From assembly GCA_050575255.1 (NCBI GenBank), contig JBNZDD010013686.1, positions 1,441,114-1,505,113 on the forward strand: a DNA stretch of 64,000 nucleotides, in the 5' to 3' direction. The notes beneath the pieces are model-generated. The model ran no database searches and was not told where the DNA came from. It worked only from the letters and a program-made list of their open reading frames with translations. Numbering within the stretch: the first letter of the stretch is position 1; each line of letters begins with the position of its first letter. The stretch comes from Harriotta raleighana. Lineage: Eukaryota. This document shows, piece after piece, positions 12,825 through 25,522 of the stretch. Position numbers and translations under genes: made by a program.

Positions 12825-13405
12825 CAGGCTAGATTATGCCAATGCCCTACTTATTCACTTTCCCAACTCCTCCCTCCATAGGCTGCAGATCACCCAGAAC
12901 TCTGCAGCCCGTGTCCTCTCATGCACCAAGCTCTGCGACCCTATTACCCCCATACTTGCCTGACCACTGGCTTCCCATCATTCAGAGAATTCAATTCAAG
13001 ATCCTGGTCTTCACCCCTCCATGGCCTCGCCCCACACTACCTCTGTGACTCCTCAAACCCCCTACCAACCTGTCCATTCCATCCCCTCAGCAGGTTCCGA
13101 CCTGCTCCATGTCCCCCGACCCACCTGCCCCACCATCAGCTGATGAGCCTTCAGCCACTCTTCCCTCAACCTTTGGAATTCCATCCCGCATTCCTAAAAC
13201 ATCTTGCCTCCTCACTAACCTCCTTCAAATCCCGCCTCAAGACCCTTCTGTTCGACCGCACCATCAGTCACCTCCCCTTCCCCTCCCTTCCCTCCACCAT
13301 CCCCAATCCCGACCCCAGCTCGGGTCTGAAACACTGACTCTGCAGTGTTGGGACATCCTCGCAATGTGAAAGCCGCTATACAAATGTAATTTTGTTGTTG
13401 TTATT
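12825..13405 (+). mobile_element. L2-clade LINE 3' end, frameshifted
   Basis: RLDYANAL...LQITQNSAARVL...HWLPIIQRIQFKIL motifs across frames, with a (TTG)n tail. Confidence 0.9.
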
Positions 13406-14464
13406 GCTGCTTATTCATAACAACCTCAGAATTTAGTTCTTCAATAGTTTGTTAGGCTAGTTTCACATCAGTGTCTTGGACAAGTTTTAAAACTACAGGA
13501 GACTTTTATTCCCGAGATTCCTGTTTGCCTTCCCTTCCATCAAGTCAGAGGGACAATTGATACTGATCCATTGTATAAATCTGTGTCACTGCTTGTATTA
13601 ATGGAACTAATGTTAAGCCATCCTGCTAACTTTCCACAATCGTGTTTATATTTTGCGAAAGCAACATTATCAGTGGTTAGTCTATTAGCAATGCTTACAT
13701 TGTCATGTATTCACAATTTCTTTAAATCATAATCCCTTTTTTAATCTTGCATAAACATCTCCATAATCTGTTCATTTATTCGCCAATAATGTTCAAGTTG
13801 TCTGGAGTGTTCATCGACATATATGGCCATTTGATTTCTAAATGTCCCACTTGAAATGGAATTCCATTTGATGCCACCTCAGCTTGACAATTGCCTGTAA
13901 ACCCATCTAAGTTAAGTAACTGTTTCAGATGCAAACTGCAAATTTTGTGGGTCTTTTTCATATATAATAGTTCGAGAGGCTCTAATGTCCAATAAAAATA
14001 GTTTACCATGGCTCCTATCCAAACATTAATAGCTGTGTTCTGAAGTTGAAGTTCTCTCACGTTGACTTCTGCCTCTCTAGGCAGGGCATTCTGCAGTTCA
14101 CATTATATTATCTCACTTTGACTTCTACCTCAAACTTCTTCCTCCTCTCTTTTCTAAACACAGGGTTAAAAAGGAGTAAGAAGATGCAGCCCAGGAAGCT
14201 CTATAAGATTGGAAAACCACCGAATAGGATTAGACAACATCTGATAATATATCCAATTACTGTATATGGACATAATATTGGCTGGCTGATATAACTGCCA
14301 GGTCTCAGTATAATTAACTCCACCCCACCACTATACAGCAACAATCAATCTCCAACTCGCTAAACATAAGTTATCAAATTACACCAATACTTAATTTCTA
14401 AACCATATTAAGCATTTGTACTTATGCTACTTCAACACAACAGGGTCCCTGCTTGGGCCCCAAT

Positions 14465-15149
14465 TGTAAGGGTTGATTTGAATTTGTGACCCTGTGGTGA
14501 AGTAAGCACTCGACAAAAAGTATACATGTTTATTAATTCAGACTAGCAATATTTATAAATAATTTTAAAAATACATCACAATAATTCTTATGTATCGATG
14601 CATAGTTCACAGCGCTTTAAGTTGACCAAACCAAATGCTGCGGGAGAGATAAAGTAGCAATGTTCAATTTAATGTTCATTTTAATCCAAATCTAAATCCA
14701 TCAAATGGTATCTAAATATTGTTGTACAGTTTCCAGTTCGATATCCAAAAGTATCTACGTATTGTATTTCCCAATATCTGAAAATATCCACATGTCATGA
14801 CACGTCCAAATTCTAATTTGGCAAATGCAATTCGATCTCTCTTCATCAATTCTTTCTTCTAATTCTCTTCAGAATCAATCTCTGTTTATACAGTTCATCG
14901 AGTGACCTTTCCCCTATTGTCTTTTGCAAGATGGATCCTTTGTAAAAACAAATCTCTCTCCAGCTGCAGACCATTTTTCCATGAGAAAATTACTGATAAG
15001 GACTGAAAATAGTTTGTTTTTTATCAACAGTCTTGTGTTTTTTCAGTGAAGCTAGACACATCATATATGATTGATCATACGTTTCAAACATACGTCGCTA
15101 ATAAAATTTGAGATATTATTCAACATATTAATTACAAAATCTTGCAACA
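14465..15149 (-). mobile_element. Probable solo LTR (~685 bp)
   Basis: On the minus strand it runs TGTTG...TTACA, with TATAAA near 14890 and AATAAA near 14530. Flanks caat/ctat resemble a decayed 4-bp TSD. Its end is repeated at ~12430-12525. Confidence 0.5.
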
Positions 15150-16619
15150 CTATATGAATGGCTTTACTTCACAAATGTATTATATTTTGTTCTAATGAGT
15201 CTCAAATATTGCACTTTGAAAATATTTTGCCAAAAAACGTTTTTGGATCCGAAATGAGAAATCTGAAATGTTGTTGCTAGTTTCAGTTATCGCTCTTAAA
15301 TTAACAATGAGTAACTAAAACTAGAATAAATCTCCCATGTTCTCTGTTACTGCAGTTACAACATCTCAATGCACATTGTTCGACATACGTGGCCACATTC
15401 AATATTTATTCTTAGCACATTCATTTTATTACATTGTAACTTTGAGGGAACAAACCAGATGTTAAATGGGAACCAGTATGCCCTCATTATAGCCACAGGA
15501 ATAAATAAAAGTGAATATTTATGACTCCTTATAGCTTGTCTGTACTGTGAATTCGTCCAGCTACCTGCTTTCATCGGTGAGAGTTGGGTGTGTAGTGACT
15601 TTAAAGGCCCCTTGTATCATGTCTCTGCTTGATCTGCTCCATTGATGGTGGACAAGGCAGTTGCCATTTTACCCATTTTATGCATCTCCATTCCAGAGTC
15701 CCTCTGTCTTGCCCTTTCCTTGGTGGCTTCAAAATGTTTCTTTAGAAAACTTTTCAACTACACTTTTTGGCCACTTCCCCCTACCACCCCACCCCACACC
15801 CCCTCAGCTGTACTAAGTCCATTTACAGTAATTTGAAAGATGCCATATAAATAGAAATTGTTGTTATTGCTAAGACATTTTTTTTTGCCGCAAACCTTTG
15901 TTTGGGAAGACAGACAGACCATTTATGTCGCTACAACATAAAATCTGCTCCACATTTTTCTTCTCATCCTGTTCATGACTAACAAACAGCAAGGAGGTAT
16001 TCTATCCAGCAAACCGTCTGTTATTGCACAAGTTTGGCTAAAATATTATTTTCTGTTAGCCAAATTGCTGACTCAAAAGATCTAAGAATTAAAAGCAGAT
16101 GGTTGAGCAGGATCTACCATTGGGATTGGCTGACCATCAGTCTCTAATTCTTGGTAATGACTACTATTTTCTTGGAACCTGTTCAAAATTCTTGCACAAC
16201 CATCATAAACTGCAAACAATAAATTCAACATCTCCGCATAGACTCAACGTTTCTAAGTGTCGAGAGGAGCAACTCAAGAACAAAACATGTTTCTTTAAAT
16301 TAGAGTAATCATAACATAATTTTGCTTGAACCTTGGCTTGCAGCATTACGCTTGAACTGATCTACAATAACTCTACTCAGGCTTGGAACAGTGAGCAATT
16401 CCATGGCATTTCCCTCCCAAGTTTCAATGTTAAGCTAACTCATACACTTATCCTTTGAGACCTAACTGTTTCGGGTTTGATATTTCTCATTAAAGATAAT
16501 GAATCTGGTACTGTTAGGGAATTCAAACTTTTTTTTTGCAACCGCCTTGTCCAAAAAGACGCTGTGGAAGTAATTGATCACTGATCCTACATGGAATACT
16601 GGTTCGTGTCACCAAAGCA

Positions 16620-16632
16620 GTGCACACACAAA

Positions 16633-16669
<37 letters not shown>

Positions 16670-16678
16670 ACACGCACA
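16620..16678. repeat. (CA)n microsatellite
   Basis: Direct inspection. Confidence 0.9.
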
Positions 16679-17965
16679 AACCTTGCCTTTGCCAGATGAG
16701 AGCAACACTTCAAGATTGTGGAGGAATCGTCTTCAAAGCTACATTGCATTGTATTAATTTTGCTCTCAGATGGGGTGGAGAAAAAACATGCCGTAATTAG
16801 TACTGTATTTTGTTCTCTTTATGCAAACAGTGTCACTGGGGGAACAATATTTTACACGGGAAATAGATACATTTTGATTATTTCAAAATGGTGACACGAA
16901 TGGTGACAAGAATACACTCGGAGGTACAGAATAATAGAAAAATCTGTTTGTAGTGCATTTCAACACATTAGAGGAATGCCACAAAGGCATAATACAAAGG
17001 CATAATACAATGCAGCTTGAAATGGCAGCATTACAATGTTCATAATTGGAGGCTAAGCTTTGTGTTTTCTTAATTAAATGAAAGCCTTGCGCTGCTCAAC
17101 CAATTGAACCTGACCTTGGTGCCTTCAAAGTAACGCAAAGATGACTTTTAATTACATTTCTTTGCTGAATGGAATTCAAGCGCTTTTTGTTTTGACACAA
17201 CTGCTACAACTGTTCCTGCAGTCCGAGCAAGTCTTGCCTATTCAAACTGTTCATAAATCATTATGACTGGCAAAATATCTCCCCAATAATAACAATGTGC
17301 ATTTATATATAAATGTTTACTAAACTGTAATCTAGCTGATCAAGCAATTGTGTCAACATTCTGACGAATCACTTAATGTCCAATTTTATTAACTGATGCA
17401 GATACTATTACAATACTTATCTGATAGTCTATCTTCCATCACTTTCGATGACTGTAAAAAGGACTGGAGAAAGGAAGCTACCTGTATTTCATAGTACCTT
17501 ATTAGATGGAAGCTTCTCATAGCCATTCACACACAACTACTGGCAAGTGTAGCGACTTTTTTTTTGTGACATCAGGACAATCTTTCAATTCACTAATATT
17601 TCACAAAGGCCATATGGTGAATGGCCATTTAATCAGGGGAATTGTTAGCAAGAAGCGATCCAAAGTAAAATAGCGGAGACATGGCTAATCTGAATCCTTT
17701 AATGATCTTTAGAAACACACAATTTAAGTGTTCTGCAAAAGTTTCACCAAAAAGTGTGATTCTCCACTGGCTGCTACATCTATTTCCAAGGAGTATTATT
17801 TCGCGTGCGCACACCACACCCTGATTTTGAATAGGGGAAGAGAGAATAACCAGTTCTTACTGTACATTAAAAGGATTGTAGAGGTAATTGTTAGAAATTG
17901 ATAGTGGTGTCTGCAGAAGACAAGGCAATAAACTATGATGATTATGAACCCAAACAGAATAGAAT

Positions 17966-18222
17966 TCTGTAGCTCAGCGCACTCGCCTTACAAGCGTAAG
18001 ACCTGTATTCGAATCCACACGCCTAAGAATAATCGCTCAAAAGAACAATAATAAAGTTGGTCATTTCAATCCACAACTGTTTGTGGGACACTGCTGTGCA
18101 CTGTTGGCTGCTGCGTTTTGTCCACAAATATGCAGTCAGTTCACTTCACTGTAAATTCTGTGAAGTGCTAGAAGACATGAAAAGCACTTTATCAAATGCC
18201 AGGATTATTTTAATTATTATAA
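17966..18222 (+). mobile_element. tRNA/Deu SINE with internal deletions
   Basis: ctgtagctcag...gcactcgccttacaagcg head, gtgggacactgctgtgc core and L2 tail. Confidence 0.85.
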
Positions 18223-21200
18223 TGCAGGAATTAAAACATCTGAACAGTTAACCTAAGACTGCCATGTGGCAAAACAGCTTCATTCAACACATTCCGCAAT
18301 CAGAACAAAGAGGATGAGGACATGCACAGTCTTCAGATTTTACATCTGGGATTGAATTGCATAGTCAGCGTGAGGCTGGATTACAACTCTCATTTCCCTA
18401 GGATTGTGGTAATAGCAGAAACTATCATGGTCTTGGATTCTGATCTGGTCAGGTCCACAGTTCTCCAAGGCACCGTTGGTGACACATGAGCCAGCCTGGC
18501 TTGTTAGCAGGACTTGGAGGGCGGAGTGATCAATGGGAGCAAGGATTTTTCCCACTTGGCTCCTGTTGATTCTGCAAGCCAAAGCTCTAATGGGTTGGGT
18601 GGTCTTTCCTGGAGAAGCAGTGGGAAGCTTGTCAGACAGAGCTCTCAATGACAAGCAATGTGGTTTCAACTGGTTGAACTCGTAACAGTACCCAAATGCA
18701 CACTCTGGGGACCCCATGCTTTGGCTATCACCCAATACTCTCAGGATCTACGTAAGCAGTTAGTGTCCTTCCAGAGAGAGAGAGAGAGAACATTCCATTC
18801 CAGACACGGGGAAATTGTCAATGTGTAAGTCCCGTAGTTCAAAAAAACTCTCAGTCTGATTTGGATATTCAGAAGCAATTCTTAAAATGGGCTTCTGCAT
18901 GTATCAGCCATTACCTGATTAAAAACAAATCATATGTTGCAACATAATAAAGTTTCAAATGCAAGGAATTGCAAGTTCTGTAGCATGGAAATCCCTTTCT
19001 CAAAATACTGACAAGCCCAGCTGATATACAGTAATCACAACTGTACATATCCATTTATAACTACAGTATCTTCTGATATTGCCCCTACTCACTCGCAGAC
19101 AGACCACTGGGAAATTTGCCACATGTAAATAATTCTAACAAAACTGTTTACTTTCTCTGGTGTTAACTATTAGATTCATGATTTGAATCTTCAGTATTTT
19201 TGAGGTGCACGCCTCTTAACAATTACTTAAGTTTCTACAAAACTAAAACAATTAACCCCTCTGTGACAACACTGGGCTGCGGCATGCACAAGAATTGTTC
19301 AGAGTCCCGGCAGCTGCAGTCAGATATCTCAAAATCCTGCCTCTGTATGTGGGGCAGCAAATATCACAACAGATACAAGCTGTGACTCTTTACTCTCTGT
19401 CTGGTGTCAAGGAGTCAATCAGTAAGCATTAAACTGGTTAAAATTGAGGGTTGCAGAGACTAGTAATAAGCAGGGTCAGGCTTAGGTTTATTTAGAGCCA
19501 GCAATAGGACAAAGGACAACAGATTGGTCAGCGCTTCACACCTAGATTTATATTGGAACCTTTCCTTTTTTGTATTTTGTGCTTGGCCCCAGTCTTTGGC
19601 TCTCTGATGTACTAGAATTTCCCCCATGGAAAAATCCCACCTGAGAAAGAGCAGCAATCCTTCACCGTTTTTTGAAATTTTAAAACATTGCAGTTAACAG
19701 AGAAGGCCGGTAGGAAGAGTCTCAATAATAACACACAACAGTTACTTGTGTTTATTTTTAAAATGTTACATGTGGCAAAAAAAATTCCACTGTTAACATT
19801 ATTTCCTGTCTCTCCTTCCATGTACACTTCCTCAAGTGTCCATGGATGGGTAGATGGGCGGTTCAAATGTAATTTGTTGTTGTTGTTGAATGATCCCTCC
19901 AGAATACACAACCTATCCTCCTCCCATCAAAGTGTCAATCTGCCCTAGCTCAACACTTCATGACAAAAAATTAGCAAACTCCTCAAGAAAGCCATGGGAG
20001 AATTCATTGCCAACGTTCAGTATCTCCATTGTAAACATTTGTGGTTGATTTGGGCACACAGCTGGATCTTACAATGACTGGCTGTTATTTACTATAGTAA
20101 GAGCAACTTTACGCATTATTCATTGCTATCTTTTGTGCAGTCAACAGTGATAAAAATATTCATAGTTTCTGTGTTCATCTTACTCATGACTTAAACTCAT
20201 CTTGCTCTTTAATTATAATTGTCTAACCACTGAATAGCTTAATTGTGGTCTTCTTTCACTGGGATGGGCCAGTCTACTGGGATATAAGCTTTCCTCTCAT
20301 TTTACACTCCCGACTGTGGAAATATATACAAACTGAATAGAAGATTGCATTTTGTCAAAAAGGAAATTTGAAACAGATGTATGTAGAGTTTGGAACAGAA
20401 AGAGAATGAAATAATCTTTCATTAAAACTCCAGCACGAAAGTGGGTGTGTTTTTTTCCCTTTTGTTTCACATCGTTCCAGATGGAAGCCACAGTGGAACA
20501 TATGATAGAATTTTGTTACTGTGAATCCCTGATGCATTTTATTTCATCTGCAAGCCCAAGGGTTTAATAGCATTTGTAACAACATAAGTACAAGGTTTCA
20601 CCCCAAACCTTACGCGTTTATCCCACAAAACTACACAGTCAATTTACGTTTACAATAAATTCTGTGAAGTGCTTTGAGACATCTCAACAATATGATCAGG
20701 CACTATAATCAAATGCATGGATTATTACTATTGCTAAAACACTAACCTGTTTTTCCTCTTTCACATGCTGATTGTCCAACTTCAGGTCTCCAGCATTTTC
20801 ATCCGTGAGTGCATGTATTTAAAGAGGATAATATACTAATCAGCAATACAGTTAGTCTGCGAAACTTCCACAACTAATGTAATCAAATTTGAGATACTAA
20901 ACTATGTAACGTTTTGTACTCTCTACAATTTTTTTTTAAAAACAGTAGTCAGACTCAGTTTAAAACTGTTTTAAGGGCACAGACCCAAACAGCAAAAGAT
21001 GGCATCAAGAGAATTTCCCTCTGTCAGATTCAAATAGAATAGATTTCCACAAAGAAATGTTGTTTCGAATGCTGTGGTGGAAACCCATGCAGATTTATCA
21101 AATGTCTTTGCACCATTATTTTTGTTTCAGGGAGAGAGGGCATGATTTGCTCTCCACTGGTTAGGTGCAGATCTCATTAGAGCTGATCTCCTCTGATGTC

Positions 21201-22509
21201 TATGACAGTCACAAAGCTTTGAGACCTTCAGGAGTGATACATTCAAATAACTGGATCCCGAAGAATAACCAGACACATTGCAGCAAACCTCCTTCAAATC
21301 AGGATGGATTTTTCCAAGTTTGTATGGGATGTGAAGCGCTCAGTGTGAAATTTAAATTGCTCCTCGTGCATTTTGCTGCAAGTGATGGTTACAAAGATCT
21401 GTTCAAATATCTTTTGTAATTCGTTATTTGTTGTCTAGAAAGCTCAGCTTTATTCCCAGCCCCATATCCATCTCTAGGCTGTCACCTGAGTAGAAATGTG
21501 TTTACAAAATGTCTCCCTGAGGATTGTGCAGACTCACTCCACCCAATTGCTTTCTCCCAAAACTGCACAGCCACAGTAGGCCGAGGTTTAACAACTCAGG
21601 GACATGCCTGGTCCAACAAGGCACCTAACCCCAAACTCCTCTCAGTATCCAAAGTATCGCTGAGCTTAAACATCTTAAGTTACTCCATATAAACACCTGC
21701 ATGTACAATACAACATGCATTGCATTATGCTCCACATCCAAAGACAATGTGCAACCTTTGCCAAGTTCAGTACAACAAAGCAAAGTTACACAACACATTA
21801 CTAAGCAAACTGTGTCATCCGAGATCAGTGCCAACATTTCTCAATCTTTTGAGTTGTGCAGCATTGGGAGTCTCTCCCTACAGTTTAGTACTTAGTACAA
21901 AACGAGTGAAATGAATTAGCCCACATTACAGTGTATTTTATGGAAAACTAGTCACGCTTCACTGCAAAGCGTATTTTTCAGGGCTCTGGAGGTTTGCAAT
22001 TTATGAACAATGAACACCAAACTCTGTAGAATGGGTGTAACTGAAACTCTTGGAGAATAATGGTATCCTACATCTGCAAACAATTGATGAAATAAAGGGG
22101 AGAACATATATATTGATGTAACTGGCAAAATTGCTTTTTTAACTAGTTGTTTTAAAGCTGTCTATGATTTTATGAAACCTAAGCAGTGATGCCACAATGT
22201 CACTCACAATTGACCAGTTACTGTAACTTGGTGAAAGTGGACTTAATAGGGTACATTTCCAAATAAGATGACCTTGAAATAAAAATTGCTAGAGAGCAAA
22301 ATAAGTTAAGATTTGCATAACCTGCTGGTAAAACTAGCTACTGGTACAGTGTGTGTCAATTATGTCACAGTATGATTGGATAGAGCTCATTCTTTCAATC
22401 TCTGAGTGGGCAAATTGTCACTTAGGGCAAGCTAATGTGGTTTATGCAGGAGGCAACGCAATTTGGAGAACCCACAGCTTTCTGTCTCAGAGATGAGAGT
22501 AATACCAAC

Positions 22510-22758
22510 TGAAACGAAAACAGAAGTAGCTGGGGAAACTCAGCAGGTCAGGCAGCATCCATGGAGAAAGGAAAGCGAGTCAATGTTTCGGGTCCATGAC
22601 CCTTCGTCAGAACAATACGATGGGTCGTGGACTCAAAACATTGACTCACTTTCCTTTCTTCCTTTCCTTTCTCCATGGATGCTGCTTGACCTGTTGAGTT
22701 TCCCCAGCAACTTCTGTTTTTGTTTCAAATTCCCAGCATCTGTAGTATTTTGTGTTTT
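22510..22758. mobile_element. Penelope-like element terminal inverted repeat with an 11-bp TSD
   Basis: 22510-22607 and 22618-22727 are inverted arms. gtaataccaac flanks the element at 22499-22509 and 22759-22769. The left arm has a hammerhead-like core on the minus strand. Confidence 0.75.
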
Positions 22759-22859
22759 GTAATACCAACCGAGTCAGACTGATAGGTAAAGGCACTGTTT
22801 CAAATGCAAAGCTTAATACTGTATAACATGAATGTTTATTTAGCATTGAATAGGTTTTT

Positions 22860-23370
22860 TGAGGTAAACAGATTTCTGTGTTGGCTTACTTTTCCCAATT
22901 TTGTCCTCTACTCTTCTGAAAATATTGAATTTTGTGGAAGGGAATGTTGAGCAGATGCTGAAGATCAGTCTTGACCTTGTGGCTGTTGGTCATTTGTGAA
23001 TCTTGACAGTGAGTGTTATTTGGCTATTCAAATCTTAGGAGTGCATCGCACGAGGCAAATCATTTTCACCCACATATAGGCAGTCAATTCACTTCACAGT
23101 ATATCCTGTGAAGCACTTTGAGACGTTCAGAAGACGTGACAAGCTCTATATCAAATGCAAGGATTATTATTATTCTGTTCTCACTTAACTTTGAGATACA
23201 TGTAGCCATCATTAAATAGTAATCAGGAGTGGGAACCTCTACTTATGATTCCCCTAACCAGCTACGGCCATTTGCAGACTACTGAATTTCTGCCTCAGGT
23301 GAGAACAGCAAGCTCACTGCAAACTCGGAATGCAATCTGTAATCTTCTGTTCCATGGCATAATCTACCCT
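22860..23370 (-). mobile_element. Old tRNA-derived SINE (second family), interrupted by a younger SINE tail at ~23075-23173
   Basis: Shares atcaggagYRGRAAC and flanking sequence with 10975-11140 and 27495-27737. Boundaries approximate. Confidence 0.5.
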
Positions 23371-24339
23371 GTCGGGAAAGTAATTGGAATTAAGGGTGAC
23401 TTTCTAATTACCTGAGAAACTATGAAATCTACATAAATTAACACATTATTGTTCAAACAAATAATCTTTGCAGTCAAAAACCAAAGCTCGAAAATCTCGT
23501 TAAAATTCAAAGTGAGATCCTGACTTCAAAGCAAAACCTTTAAGTGTTGTTGGTATCTCATTTGACTATAAATAGGTCATATTAAAAGGAATGTTTTTCT
23601 ATGTGCTTTTTTGTCAGAGAAGCAGTAGCTGATCCTCGAAGGTTAATCAGCGAGTGCAAGTATACGGAGGATACTTAATCTCCGAGAACAAAAAGGAGGA
23701 GAAAATGCAAAATAACTTCAATGTGTTAAAAAGCAGTTTAGATCTGCAGCTGTTTTTTGAATACGATTATAAAGGAGGGAGCTTTTTAAATTGGTTTAGT
23801 ACTTTTGATTTAATATTGCAATATTTTCTGAAAAGCCAACCAATCTAATTGCTATACTTTTAGATAAATACATTTGCTGCCTTGTTTTAGTTTGTAGTGA
23901 AATATTTACCTCTTCAAAGAGAGTGTGAAACAAAGGGATGAAACACTTCAAAGGAAAGGTTTCGCTTTTAAAACTCAAAATGACTTGTGAAATAAATTGT
24001 ACTGTACAAAATGATTAACTGTTGCTCCTGGTTTCTCTGTATCCTCTTTGCAGAGGTGCACTGCATTACGGATGTCACAAACTATTTTGCTAGTTAATTA
24101 AATACATGTACAATATTCTATGGTGGCCAATGTTAAATTCACTTTATGTAGGGTAATAAACGTGTATTCGTTCTAAGGTACATGTATGTGTAACTGCTAT
24201 GAAATACCAAAAATAGATAAGACATTTACAGAACTGTAACTCTCGAGTCATCACTCTATCAATCAAATGTGAAGGTGCATAAATATTCCAGAGAACTCAG
24301 TTAAACAGAAGGTTCACAAGCACTACCAGAACAGTTCTG

Positions 24340-25064
24340 TTTAATAGCATAATTACCTCGTCTATTTCAGGTACATGCACACAATTTTCTGGGAATTGTT
24401 TGAGCTTAACTAGAATACATTCACAAAATAAACACAACTTGACACATTACAATTTTAAAGTTATGGACCAACATTCTTTGATAAGTAGAAAGAAATGTTA
24501 ATGGCATAAAAAGCTTCAACATTAAATACTGATATCTAAGGTATATTTACTAAGAAATCTACAAGACAAGTTACACAGGAAAGTCAAAGCAGTCGGTTTA
24601 AAATGGTTTTGAAAAACATGTTAGATTTCAGATAGAAGATTACTTTAGCTTGTATCAAATTGACTTCCCCTGACCATAATATTTAAATTTAGACAAACTG
24701 ATTCATTGGTAAGGAGTAAACTAAATATACAACACTTTTACAAAAAGTAAAAAAAAGTTCATTCACAATTATATTTAAGAAATTTCTACATATATATATA
24801 CAAAGAATAAATGGAACTGAATCTCAACATGAACATATATTAAATATATATAAAAATAATTTAAACGAGCAAAGTTACCTTTTTTAAAGCCATAAAGTTG
24901 CAGGAACAAACAGTAGAATGCAGCATATGACTTTACAGAGGGTGATTTTTTTTCTGAAATGCTTTTTATCTGCGTTATATTTTAACTCACAAAGCATAAT
25001 TTACCAAAAGGATCAACAGAAGTAGGTTAATCAAGTGTGAAAGTTCACAAGGGCAGTAGCCATG
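24340..25064 (-). other. Probable AU-rich 3' UTR of the GPC3/5-type gene (end uncertain)
   Basis: Directly follows the TAA and is very U-rich on the minus strand. ATTAAA on the minus strand at 24340-24345 is a candidate poly(A) signal. Confidence 0.45.
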
Positions 25065-25246
25065 TTACTGGAAAATGAAAACAATGGCTGCCATGGAAAC
25101 TGAGATGGTAGTAATAAGACATCTTGGTGTGGAACCTCCTGTGGCATTTTTAGATTCTGACATTGCTGATACTCTGTCCTTGCTTCTTGGATTCAGAAGT
25201 TGCTTGTGTAGAGTCGCATCATCCACAAATGTGCCATCCATGCATC
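25065..25246 (-). CDS. GPC3: Glypican-3/5 subfamily terminal coding exon, GPI-anchor signal (equivalent of exon 8)
   Basis: Acceptor gctttgctttgcag|GA in phase 1, matching the prior donor. Encodes GCMDGTFVDDATLHKQLLNPRSKDRVSAMSESKNATGGSTPRCLITTISVSMAAIVFIFQ* with a hydrophobic C-terminus. VDDA recalls human GPC3. Confidence 0.8.
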
Positions 25247-25269
25247 CTGCAAAGCAAAGCACATAGATC

Positions 25270-25522
25270 ATTGGCGGGCGAGCCTTTAGCCACTCTGCCC
25301 TCAATCTCTGGAAGTCCATCCCACAGTCCCTCCGTCTCGCCCCCTCCCTGGCCTCCTTCAAGTCTCGTCTTAAGACTGTACTCTTCGCTGGACCCATCAG
25401 CAACTCCTTATCCCCCCCCTTCCCTCCGCCTTGCCTACCCCAGCTCGGGTTTGAAACAACAGTGCCTTGGGACGTCCTCCTGACGTGAAAGGCGCTATAT
25501 AAGTGTAATTTTGTTGTTGTTG
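25270..25522 (+). mobile_element. L2 LINE 3' fragment inserted about 20 nt from the terminal-exon acceptor
   Basis: Homologous to 11432-11757, with a (TTG)n tail; flanked by tagatc at 25264-25269 and 25523-25528. Confidence 0.9.
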
